A DNA stretch of 64,000 nucleotides from an uncultured Candidatus Nemicrothrix sp. (GTDB lineage: Bacteria; Actinomycetota; Acidimicrobiia; Acidimicrobiales; MedAcidi-G1): assembly GCA_913055915.1 (NCBI GenBank), contig CAJXKL010000001.1, positions 39,576-103,575 on the forward strand. Reading direction: 5' to 3'. Under the pieces are notes generated by a model. The model worked only from the letters and a program-made list of their open reading frames with translations, made no database searches and was not told the origin of the DNA. Both the position numbers and the translations under genes were made by a program. Below, in pieces: positions 48,372 through 58,100 of this stretch (positions are counted from its first letter, which is position 1; each line of letters starts with the position of its first letter).

Positions 48372-49439
48372 ATGGCGCATTCGCAACTACCAATAGATCA
48401 GCACCTTGAATCTCATAGCCCCGGGGGCGAGGAGTTCGACTCGCTGTCGCCGGTAGTTCGGGAGTGGCTCGAATCCCTCGCCCTATTTGAGGAAAAAGCT
48501 CCCCCAACTATCAAGCAATACAGCCAGGCTATTCGCCGTGTGATGCACCTGGCGGATATTGACCCCAAGTCCTTTGGACCTATGAGTTTGAATCAGGCCG
48601 AACTGACCGATCTGGTTCGTGAGATGCGAAGAGTTGACGGCCCGAAGGGTGGATTTTCGAAAGCCACACTTTCACAGACGTTGGCTGCGTTGAAATCGTT
48701 TTACGCCTTCTGCAAGGACCAGGGATTAGCACCGGAGATCCCAGACATTGGCCGGATACGGAAGTTGGCTCGTATCCAGGTTTTCAATCAACAGGACCCA
48801 GAATTCTATTCAAGATCTGAGATCCGTCGCTTGTTCGCCGAAGCTGTATCGGATGACGTGAAACAACACCGTGTCCGCTGGCCGAGTCGTGACTTAGCAA
48901 TGTGTGGATTTCTTGCTGTATTGGGCCTCCGGGCGGCCGAACTACTTGCTGCCGAGTTGAACTGGATCAGGGATGAACGCGGAGAGGTCAATTCTTCCAT
49001 TGCCTCGTGCATGTTGGACGTGATTGGGAAGAGAGGCATCAAGAGGCGGCTCCCCTTGTCAGAAGAACTCTATTATTCAAATCAGCGATGGCAAGCGGAA
49101 CGAGTCGAACGGTTTGGACCAACCCGTAACACTGACCGACTCTTCGTAACCAATAATGGGACACCTTTTTCGTATCAGCAACTGCTCTATTGGTTGCGCC
49201 TGCTAAATGATCATGCAGGCCTTCGTAGAAGAACGCCGCATGCTCTTCGCCACACCGCTGGTGTGCAATTGGCCGAGGATGAGGTTCCACTTAATGTCGT
49301 TCAGGCATTGCTTGGGCACACGTCGATCGCCACCACGGGTATCTATACCGAGATTGCTGGTGGACAGATTGCCAGAAGCCTTGGAATGTCGCGGAGTAAC
49401 GCACTGTTGGGCGAAGCGCTTAAGGAATCAGGACAATGA
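48372..49439 (+). CDS. Tyrosine recombinase/phage-type integrase
   Basis: LGLRAAEL (box I Arg), HALRHTAG, LLGHTSIATTGIYTEI (catalytic Tyr). AAGGAG RBS. GC about 45-58% per 60-nt line against about 62% in flanking genes. Confidence 0.88.
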   Translation: MAHSQLPIDQHLESHSPGGEEFDSLSPVVREWLESLALFEEKAPPTIKQYSQAIRRVMHLADIDPKSFGPMSLNQAELTDLVREMRRVDGPKGGFSKATLSQTLAALKSFYAFCKDQGLAPEIPDIGRIRKLARIQVFNQQDPEFYSRSEIRRLFAEAVSDDVKQHRVRWPSRDLAMCGFLAVLGLRAAELLAAELNWIRDERGEVNSSIASCMLDVIGKRGIKRRLPLSEELYYSNQRWQAERVERFGPTRNTDRLFVTNNGTPFSYQQLLYWLRLLNDHAGLRRRTPHALRHTAGVQLAEDEVPLNVVQALLGHTSIATTGIYTEIAGGQIARSLGMSRSNALLGEALKESGQ

Positions 49440-49984
49440 AGAATTCCATTAAGTCACTCCTTCTGGTTGCTGCACCTGAGTTGGCTGATCAGAACTTCTC
49501 CCGATCGGTCTTGCTCATGATCGAACACAACGACGACGGTGCGCTGGGACTCGTCCTGAATCGGCCAATGGACATTTCAGCCGCCGATGCCGTTCCTGAA
49601 TGGGCGAACCTCATCGAACCTCCAGGACTTCTCCATTCGGGTGGACCTGTGTCAGAGGGGACGATCGTGGGCCTCGGGTCGGCACCGGAGGGCGGCCACC
49701 CGTGTGTCACTCCCCTGCTCGGACTTCTGGGTCTCCTGGACCTTCACAGCGACCCGGGCGACGCTCCCGGAGTAACGGCCGTTCGGCTCTTCGCCGGCTA
49801 CTCGGGTTGGTCAGCGGGCCAACTCGAGGTGGAGTTGGCGGTTGGATCCTGGTTCGTGCTGGAAGCCCAGACGTCAGATGTCACCACTGCTGATCCTGTG
49901 GGCCTCTGGTCCACCGTGCTGGCAAGGCAGGGAGGACTGCTCGGACAGATGGCCACCTACCCCGACGACCCCTCGCTCAACTGA
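49436..49984 (+). CDS. YqgE/AlgH-family (UPF0301) protein
   Basis: LLVAAPELADQNFSRSVLLMIEHNDDGALGLVLNRP is the family N-terminal signature. ATGA overlap with the integrase stop. Confidence 0.8.
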   Translation: MKNSIKSLLLVAAPELADQNFSRSVLLMIEHNDDGALGLVLNRPMDISAADAVPEWANLIEPPGLLHSGGPVSEGTIVGLGSAPEGGHPCVTPLLGLLGLLDLHSDPGDAPGVTAVRLFAGYSGWSAGQLEVELAVGSWFVLEAQTSDVTTADPVGLWSTVLARQGGLLGQMATYPDDPSLN

Positions 49985-50000
49985 GCCGGAACGCCTGCCC

Positions 50001-50854
50001 TCAGGACCTGATCTCGACGGGGTGCCCGCGGGAAGCTGGGCAAGGCGTGCGATGACATCGTCGTGCATTCGGATGTAACCCTCGGAGACGTCGGTCCCGA
50101 GCAGGGAGGGATCGTTTGTGCCATGGAGGACGATTGCCGGATCCATCCCGTCAGTCAACGGAAGGGTCTCAGAGAAGCCTGACAGGCCGATGATCCAGGA
50201 ACCGAACAGGGTGTCAGCATCGTCCTGCTCCTGAACCTCGTTCATGTAGAACTCCCCGGGAGGGGTCGGCGTTGCGTTGGCTCCGAGCGCCACGGCACCC
50301 TCGGCAACCTCTTCCCACGCAGTCACCCTGTGGGCGCCGAGGTCGACGACAATCCTCGCACGGTGGGTTGATAACGAGACGTCAGAGCTGCGCACGAACC
50401 CCGTCGAACCGTTGGGGCGAACGGGTAGTGCAACCTCGAGCATCTCACCGAGGTCGCGGAGTACCGCGACAACGCGGGCTCTGGCAAAGGTGCCAGGGTT
50501 GGGAAGTTGCTACCACGGTTCCTTCGCGTCCGGGGTGCGGAATGTCTCGAGCAGCCCAACCGTGGCCGTTGCGACAGTGAAGGGCACATCGACCTCGGGT
50601 TGGGTGGTGGCTGGCGGAAGGACCGTCGTTGTCGTCGCGGCAGGGACAGCCACGTTTGCCACAGTCGTAGCGGGTGGTGGCACTGAGGTGGTCGTGGTCT
50701 GCGGAATGGTCACGACAGGGATGGTCACCGTTGGGACGGTCCCAAGGCTGACCATGTCGACCCGTTCGGCCCACGGTTCCTCTGTGGCGCAGGCAAGGGT
50801 GAGTTCGGCTGGAATCAGTAGTGCTGCGGTGAGGATCCGAAGCCGGTTGATCAC
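50001..50854 (-). pseudogene. Disrupted lipoprotein L,D-transpeptidase (YkuD domain) gene
   Basis: Track ORFs 50510..50854 (signal peptide LTLAC plus Thr/Pro/Val linker) and 49874..50443 (YkuD domain) are in one frame, separated by TAG at 50510-50512. Active site reads SEGYIRM instead of S[HR]GC[IV]R[ML]. A 1-nt shift at the G/C run 50019-50022 would restore the canonical end GTPVEIRS with a stop at 50001-50003. Confidence 0.6.
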
Positions 50855-50885
50855 CTCCCCCTTCTACCCGCCACAGTGTCAGGAA

Positions 50886-51476
50886 TCAGGTGGAGGCTCC
50901 GGAACGTTGTCTGAATCGACCCGTGGGCAGCGGTGGCGGGTCTGGTGGCTCAAAAAGGGGCACCTCCTGCGGGGTCACTCCACGCTCGAGGAGGTGGATG
51001 AGCACACCGGCGAGCGCCCGACTGTCGTCGAGGGCTCTGTGGGCTCCATTCAACTCCACGCCGAGTACCCGGGAGAGGTCTCCGAGGCGCCCGGGAAGCC
51101 CCAGACTCCTGGCCATCGGAACCGTGTCGAGTGCCCGAAGGTCGATGGACCCGAGCCCCGCACGGGCCCACTCCGCCGTGACAAAACCCACGTCGAACGA
51201 GGCGTTGTGAGCCACGGGAACGCAGCCGGACAACTCGGCCATGAGGTCGCCGGCCACCTCGGCGAAGGACGGAGCATCAACCAGGAGGTCACCGCGAATG
51301 CCGTGTATGTCGATCCGGCCCAGATTGGTGGTGCCAGCATCGATGAGCGTGCTCCACTCCCCCACCGTCTCCCCGGTGGGGGTCACCTTGACGACAGCGA
51401 TCTCGATTACCCGCGCGCGGCGTGGATCGAGGCCGGTGGTTTCGACGTCGAAGCAGGAATACACGGCGCCCGTCAT
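50886..51476 (-). CDS. DnaQ-like (DEDDh) 3'-5' exonuclease
   Basis: FDVETTGLDP, AHNASFDVGF and HRALDD motifs. Start taken at ATG 51476. Confidence 0.8.
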   Translation of the reverse strand: MTGAVYSCFDVETTGLDPRRARVIEIAVVKVTPTGETVGEWSTLIDAGTTNLGRIDIHGIRGDLLVDAPSFAEVAGDLMAELSGCVPVAHNASFDVGFVTAEWARAGLGSIDLRALDTVPMARSLGLPGRLGDLSRVLGVELNGAHRALDDSRALAGVLIHLLERGVTPQEVPLFEPPDPPPLPTGRFRQRSGAST

Positions 51477-51586
51477 CGGCTGTGAGCAGGGCCTGAGAGC
51501 CACCTGAAATCCACCTGACTGACCATGTCGGGACCGTAGTCGCCCGGTACGACGGCAACGGCACTCCTGCGGGTACGGTCCCGCCG

Positions 51587-52861
51587 GTGGCAGACAGCGT
51601 TTGCGGAACAGGCGCCCACCCGCACGAGGTCCTGCAGCGCCGGACCATCCGGGTGCTGATGGCCGGCCTCATACCTGCGGGTGCCGCCATGACGGGCGCC
51701 TACGCTGCTGCAGCGGTGCTGGGAGAGGACCTCACCGGGAGCGAGATGCTGGGTGGCCTGGCCGCATCGGGTATGACCATCGGATCGGCTCTGGCAATCC
51801 TGCCGCTTGCCCGTCTTATGTCACAGCGTGGCCGACGGCCGGGTCTCCTGGTCGGTTACATGGTTGCTGCCACGGGAGCGACGATGTGCATGTTGGCTGC
51901 GATCACCGGCTGGTACGCGCTTCTCATACTCGGGATGATCGGAGTTGGGTCAGGGAATGCGGCCAATCTGGCAGCACGCTACGCCGCAGCCGACCTTGCC
52001 CCCGACGTCGGGCGAGCACGGGCTATCGGCACCCTCGTCTGGGCCTCCACGATCGGTGCCGTCCTCGGACCATCCATCGGGTTCGGCCCCGCCAAGTCCC
52101 TGGCAAGCTCGTTCGGCGCATCCGACCTGGCCGGGCCCTACATGCTCTCGATTGCCCTGTTCCTGACAGCGGCCCTAGTAGTCGGAAGGTGGCTGAAGCC
52201 AGACCCTCTGGTGGTTGTCGGTGGAGTCGGCGGTAGCGGCAGCAACGAAGGTCGTCATCTTGCAGACGCAGCGCGCAGCCTCGCCGGTTCCACGACCGGG
52301 CGCCTGGCAGTGCTCTCGATGGTCGTGGGACACGTTGTGATGGTTGGGGTCATGACGATGACCCCCCTTCACCTTCGTGAAGGGGCCCACCAGTTGGAGA
52401 TCATCGGCTTAGTGATCTCCCTCCACATCATCGGCATGTACGCCTGTGCACCCGTTGTCGGTTGGCTGGCCGACCGTCTGGGTCCACTCACTGTCCTCGT
52501 CACCGGTGGCCTGATCCTGTTCGTCGGGTCCGAGATGGCAGGCCACACGAGTCCTGAGGATTCGCTGGGGATCTTCATAGGGTTGTTCCTCATCGGTCTG
52601 GGCTGGAGCTTCGGCCTGATCGCCTCATCGGCCATTCTGGCAAGCGAGTTCGACGGGCCTGAACGGGTCCGGGTACAGGGTCTCGCCGATGTCGGAATGA
52701 CCGCAGCGGGGGCTCTTGCAGGGGTGGGCTCTGGCGTGGTCGTGACCTTCAGCAGTTATGGGGCACTCGCACACGGGAGCGCTCTGGTAGGCCTGTTCCC
52801 TACGGCCACAGTCGTCATCCTGCAGCTCAGGGCCCGCCACCAACGACACTCAACCTGTTGA
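51587..52861 (+). CDS. MFS transporter
   Basis: About 12 hydrophobic segments, 424 aa. The exact start is uncertain. Confidence 0.75.
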   Translation: MADSVCGTGAHPHEVLQRRTIRVLMAGLIPAGAAMTGAYAAAAVLGEDLTGSEMLGGLAASGMTIGSALAILPLARLMSQRGRRPGLLVGYMVAATGATMCMLAAITGWYALLILGMIGVGSGNAANLAARYAAADLAPDVGRARAIGTLVWASTIGAVLGPSIGFGPAKSLASSFGASDLAGPYMLSIALFLTAALVVGRWLKPDPLVVVGGVGGSGSNEGRHLADAARSLAGSTTGRLAVLSMVVGHVVMVGVMTMTPLHLREGAHQLEIIGLVISLHIIGMYACAPVVGWLADRLGPLTVLVTGGLILFVGSEMAGHTSPEDSLGIFIGLFLIGLGWSFGLIASSAILASEFDGPERVRVQGLADVGMTAAGALAGVGSGVVVTFSSYGALAHGSALVGLFPTATVVILQLRARHQRHSTC

Positions 52862-52918
52862 CCACTGCTGCCTGTCAGCGGGATGCATAGCGACACGGGC
52901 CACCGCTAGCGTCTGGGC

Positions 52919-53614
52919 ATGTCGACGATCAGCGGACCACCGGTAGTCCTCCTGCACGGTTTTGGCACCTCGTTCGCCATCACCTGGGACCAGAGTGGCT
53001 GGGCAGCACTCCTGTCCGATGCTGGGAGGCGGGTGGTGCCGATTGACCTTCTGGGCCATGGCAGGGCGCCCAAGCCCACAGACCCTGACGAGTACGGAGC
53101 GGTCGAGACGCTGGTGATGGAGCAGATGCCAGACGAACCGGTGGATGCCATTGGATTCTCGATGGGCGCCCGCGTCCTGCTTGTGCTGGCTGCCGAAGAC
53201 CCGAGCAGGTTCAACCGTCTGGTTGTGGCGGGCGTCGGCCGGAACCTGTTCGAGGATGATCAGGTTCGCCGAAAGGCTGTGATCAACGCCGTAAGGACCG
53301 GAAGGGCCGATGACCCCGAGCTCGCGTATTTCGCGCGCCTTCCCGAGTCGCCGGGGGCCGACCGGTCTGCGTTGGCGGCCTTCCTCGCCAGGCCCGAGCC
53401 ACCTGTCATTACCGAAGAGAGGCTTGCAGGCGTGACCGTGCCGGTACACGTGGTCATGGGTGACCAGGACTTTGCAGGCCCACCCGACCGTCTCGTTGCG
53501 GCACTTCCAGATGTCACCCTCACGACGCTGACGGGAGTCGACCACTTCGCGACTCCGGGAAACTTCGGTTTCATCGATGCCGCTCTTGAGTTCATAGACG
53601 CCCAACCCTTCTAG
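52919..53614 (+). CDS. Alpha/beta hydrolase
   Basis: VVLLHGFG and nucleophile elbow GFSMGA. Confidence 0.75.
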   Translation: MSTISGPPVVLLHGFGTSFAITWDQSGWAALLSDAGRRVVPIDLLGHGRAPKPTDPDEYGAVETLVMEQMPDEPVDAIGFSMGARVLLVLAAEDPSRFNRLVVAGVGRNLFEDDQVRRKAVINAVRTGRADDPELAYFARLPESPGADRSALAAFLARPEPPVITEERLAGVTVPVHVVMGDQDFAGPPDRLVAALPDVTLTTLTGVDHFATPGNFGFIDAALEFIDAQPF

Positions 53615-53645
53615 GCGCCCGCCGGCAGCGGCCGGGCCGAGATGC

Positions 53646-55106
53646 TCAACGAAGCGACGTGGCGCCAGGCGAAATCGGAGTCGGTAGTGACGTCGATCCG
53701 ACAAGGAATTCATCGACGGCAGCGGCACAGGATCTTCCCTCGGCGATGGCCCACACGACAAGGGACTGCCCCCGACCCATGTCACCGCAGACGAACACAC
53801 CATCGGCCGAGGTCGCAAACGAACCGTCACGGGCCACGTTCCCACGCTGGTCCAGGACGATGTCCATGCCATCGGTCAATCCATCTGTCTCGGGTCCCGT
53901 GAAGCCCATTGCCAACAGCACGAGGTCGGCCCTGTAGCTCTCCTCGGAGCCGTCGATTCTCTCGAATGAGGGCCGGCCATCCACGATCTCAACGCTCACC
54001 CTGTGGGCCTGCAGGGAGATCACCTGTCCGCCCTCACCGATGAACTTCTCGGTTTCAATGGCGAACCTTCGCTGACCACCCTCCTCATGTGCTGAGGAGA
54101 CCCGGTAGAGCGTCGGCCACGTCGGCCACGGGTCGGTAGCGGGTCGGTCATCGGCAGGTCGCGGCATGATCTCGAACTGGTGCACGCTCGCAGCACCCTG
54201 GCGGAGTGCGGTTCCGAGGCAGTCAGCCCCGGTATCGCCCCCGCCGATGACGACGACGTGCCTGCCTTCAGCCGAAACCGGCGACCGGTCGAGATCCCCC
54301 TCCTGCACACGATTCGCCCACGGCAGGTACTCCATGGCCTGCATGACCCCCTCAAGGTCGCGACCTGGAATCGGCAGGTCCCTCCACCTGGTTGCCCCAC
54401 AGGCGAGCACCACGGCGTCGTAGTCCTGCCTGAGTTCCTTTAGTGGCAGATCGCCGCCCACATTGGTCCTGGTCCGAAACTCGGTGCCCTCTGCCTCCAT
54501 CTGGGCAAGGCGCCTGTCAAGGTGGCGCTTTTCGAGCTTGAACTCCGGGATGCCGAACCGGAGCAGCCCTCCGATCCGGTCAGCCCGCTCAAAGACCACC
54601 ACCTCATGGCCGGCCCGTGTCAACTGCTGCGCCGCTGCCAGACCTGCTGGACCGGAACCGACGACAGCCACCCGCCGACCGCTGCGCCTCGATGCCGGAA
54701 TGGGCCTGATCCATCCCTTCTCCCAGGCGCGATCCACGATTGAGACCTCGACCTGCTTGATGGTTACCGCCGGTTCGTTGATGCCGAGAACGCAGGCGGC
54801 CTCACACGGTGCTGGACACAGGCGTCCGGTGAACTCAGGGAAGTTGTTTGTGGAATGGAGCCGATCGATCGCCTCTCGCCACTGCCCGCGGAAGCTGAGG
54901 TCATTCCAGTCAGGGATCAGGTTACCGAGGGGGCAGCCGTGGTTGCAGAAGGGAATACCGCAGTCCATGCATCTGCTCGCCTGTCGTCTCAGGTCCGCTT
55001 CGGGGAAGTCTTCGTAGACCTCATGCCAGTCCCTCAACCTCACCGGAACGGAACGGCGCTCAGGTAGCTGGCGATCGTGTTTGATGAAGCCACGTATGTC
55101 TCCCAC
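53646..55106 (-). CDS. gltD: Glutamate synthase (NADPH) small subunit
   Basis: CMDCGIPFC, VAVVGSGPAGLAAA, and position downstream of gltB. Confidence 0.93.
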   Translation of the reverse strand: MGDIRGFIKHDRQLPERRSVPVRLRDWHEVYEDFPEADLRRQASRCMDCGIPFCNHGCPLGNLIPDWNDLSFRGQWREAIDRLHSTNNFPEFTGRLCPAPCEAACVLGINEPAVTIKQVEVSIVDRAWEKGWIRPIPASRRSGRRVAVVGSGPAGLAAAQQLTRAGHEVVVFERADRIGGLLRFGIPEFKLEKRHLDRRLAQMEAEGTEFRTRTNVGGDLPLKELRQDYDAVVLACGATRWRDLPIPGRDLEGVMQAMEYLPWANRVQEGDLDRSPVSAEGRHVVVIGGGDTGADCLGTALRQGAASVHQFEIMPRPADDRPATDPWPTWPTLYRVSSAHEEGGQRRFAIETEKFIGEGGQVISLQAHRVSVEIVDGRPSFERIDGSEESYRADLVLLAMGFTGPETDGLTDGMDIVLDQRGNVARDGSFATSADGVFVCGDMGRGQSLVVWAIAEGRSCAAAVDEFLVGSTSLPTPISPGATSLR

Positions 55107-55117
55107 GGCGCCTCCCC

Positions 55118-58100
55118 TCAGCTCCGGGTCGAGGCCATGATCGCCTCGACCTCGTCGCTTCCGGAGGCGCGTGCAGCTGCCGCAGCCTCAAGGACGCGCT
55201 TGTAGTCGACGGGCATCACCTTGAAGAAGTACCTGCCTGTAGTCGTCCAGTCACCGAGCAGGGCCTCGGCCACAGCCGAGCCGGTCTCCTCCAGATGGCG
55301 TCCGATCACTGCCTGCAGCCACTCACGGTCTTCGTCGTCAGGTTCCTCGAGCATCACCATCTCAGCGTTCACCCTGCCCCGCGAGCTGCCGGTCGGGTCG
55401 TGTACGAAGGCGATTCCACCGGACATACCGGCTGCGAAGTTGCGTCCGATTCCACCAAGGACGACGGCCCGACCGCCGGTCATGTACTCACAGCCGTGGT
55501 CCCCTACCCCTTCGACGACTGCAAGGGCACCCGAGTTGCGGACGCAGAAGCGCTCGCCGACCCTTCCCCTGATGAAAGCCTCTCCCGAAGTTGCTCCGTA
55601 GAGGATGACGTTGCCGGCAATCACCTGCTCCGAGGCGATGAAGGGCGAGTCTGTGGGAGGGGTGATTACAATCCGGCCACCGGAGAGGCCCTTACCCACG
55701 TAGTCGTTGGCATCGCCTGACAGCCGTAGCGTTATTCCCTTGGGCACGAAGGCTCCAAGGCTGTTTCCGGCGGATCCCTCCAGGTTGACTCGGATGGTGT
55801 CGTCCGGAAGCCCATTGCCACCGTGGCGCCTCGTCACCTCGTAGCCGAGCATCGTCCCGACGGTTCTGTTCACGTTCTGGACCGGGCAGCTGATTATGGT
55901 TGGCGATCCATTCTCCAACGAGGCGGCTGCCATCCTGATCAGGTCATTGTCAAGGGCTGCCTCGAGACCGTGGTCCTGTCCAGTGGTGTTGCACCTTGCG
56001 GCCGATTCTGGAATGTCGGGCATGTGGAGGATCGGCTTGAGATCCAGGTGTGATGCCTTCCAGTGCTCTACCGCCTCGAGCGTGTCGAGGACCTCTACCT
56101 GCCCGATGGCCTCCTGGATGCTCCGGAAGCCGAGAGAGGCGAGAATCTCCCGAACCTCCTCGGCCAGGTACTCGAAGAAGGTCACCACGAACTCCGGCTT
56201 TCCTGAGAACTTCTTTCGAAGCTCGGGATTCTGCGTTGCGACTCCGACGGGGCAGGTATCCAGGTGACAGACGCGCATCATCACGCAGCCGGAGACGACC
56301 AGCGGTGCCGTGGCGAACCCGAACTCATCTGCTCCCAGCAGGGCGGCAATGACGACGTCACGGCCGGTCTTGAGTTGGCCGTCAACCTGCACGACGATCC
56401 GGTCACGGAGGTCGTTCATCAGGAGGGTCTGCTGCGTCTCGGCCAACCCCAGTTCCCAGGGTGCGCCGGCGTGCTTGATGGATGTCAGGGGTGAGGCACC
56501 GGTTCCACCGTCGTGCCCCGAGATCAGGACGACGTCTGCATGTGCCTTGGAGACGCCGGCCGCAACCGTGCCGACGCCCACCTCGGCTACCAACTTGACA
56601 TGTACGCGGCTGGTCGGGTTGGAGTTCTTGAGGTCGTGGACCAGTTGGGCAAGGTCCTCTATGGAGTAGATGTCGTGATGAGGTGGAGGCGAGATGAGAG
56701 CCACCCCCGGTGTGGAGTGACGCGTCCTGGCGATCCAGGGGTAGACCTTGTGGCCTGGAAGTTGCCCACCCTCTCCCGGCTTGGCGCCCTGGGCCATCTT
56801 GATCTGAAGGTCGTCGCTGTTGACGAGGTAGTCGCTCGTCACGCCGAAGCGCCCTGAGGCAACCTGCTTGATCGCTGAGCGGCGCTGGTTACCGTTGCGT
56901 TCGGGAACGTAGCGGGAGGGGTCCTCACCTCCCTCTCCCGTATTGGACTTGCCGCCCAGTCTGTTCATTGCGATGGCCAGGGTCTCGTGGGCCTCGGCTG
57001 AGATGGAGCCGTACGACATCGCACCGGTGGCAAATCGCCTGACGATCTCGCTGACCGGTTCTACCTCGTCAATGCTGATGGATGGTCGAAGGTCGTCGCG
57101 GAGGCGGAACAGCCCACGGAGGGTCGCCAGGTTCCGGGCCTGGTCATCGACCAGCCGGGTGTACTGCCTGAAGATGTCGTATCGACCTGTTCGGGTCGCG
57201 TGCTGGAGGCGAAAGACAGACTCAGGGTTGAAAAGGTGGTGTTCGCCTTCGCGGCGCCACTGGTACTCCCCGCCAACCTCGAGAGTTCTATGGGCCCTCT
57301 CTTCGGGCCGCTCAGGAAAGGCCACAGCGTGGCGCAGGGAGACCTCGTCGGCCAGGACGTCGAAGCCGACACCTCCGAGACGACTTACGGTTCCCCTGAA
57401 GCAGAGGTCGATGACCTCGGCACCCAGACCGATGGCTTCAAATATCTGTGCTCCGGTGTAGGAGGCCACCGTTGAGATGCCCATCTTGGACATCACCTTC
57501 AGGATTCCCTTGTCGCAGGCCCTGATGAAGTTCCGTCTGGCAGATTCTGGAGTCAGGGTCGGGGGCAGCCCATGGGATCCCGTCTCGAGCATCAGGTCGA
57601 TGGACTCGAATGCCATGTACGGGCAAATGCCACCGGCGCCGAACCCCAGGAGTAGCGCTACGTGGTGGACCTCCCGGACATCGCCACTCTCAACCACAAT
57701 GCCTACGAGGGTCCGTGTCTTTTCGGCTATCAGGTGGTGGTGGACCGCTCCGGTGGCCAGCAGGGAGGGAACTGGGGCCAAGTCGGAGTCAGCACCACGG
57801 TCGCTGATGACTATCACGTTGGCACCGTTGCGGATTGCAGCCGATGCCTCGGACTCAAGTCGTTTGAGAGCCCTGGTCAGGCCGATGCCACCATCTATGA
57901 CCGGGTACCGGGCATCCAGCACCGCCGTGTTGAAGCGTGACGGCTCAACCAGCCCGTCCAGCCTGGTGATCGCGGCAAGCTCGGCTTCGGTCAGAACGGG
58001 ATGCGGTATCCGGATCTGACTGCAGCTCTGGGCGGTGGGGTCCAGGAGGTTCGCCTCTGCGCCGATGTTTCCCGACACGGCGGTGATCAACTCCTCCCGC

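Larger units (their letters stand above)
48290..49500 (+). mobile_element. Low-GC ~1.2-kb insertion carrying only an integrase (remnant or minimal integrative element)
   Basis: Composition drops sharply at about 48290 and recovers about 60-100 nt into the next gene. No cargo genes, no tRNA and no convincing flanking direct repeats were seen by eye. Confidence 0.4.

Noticed and set aside
50277-51485. 402-aa plus-strand ORF, the longest unexplained ORF in this area.
   Set aside because: It lies antisense to the DnaQ-like exonuclease and the Ldt pseudogene. The sequence is low-complexity and Gly/Val/Thr/Arg-rich, and the opposite strand carries clear catalytic motifs.
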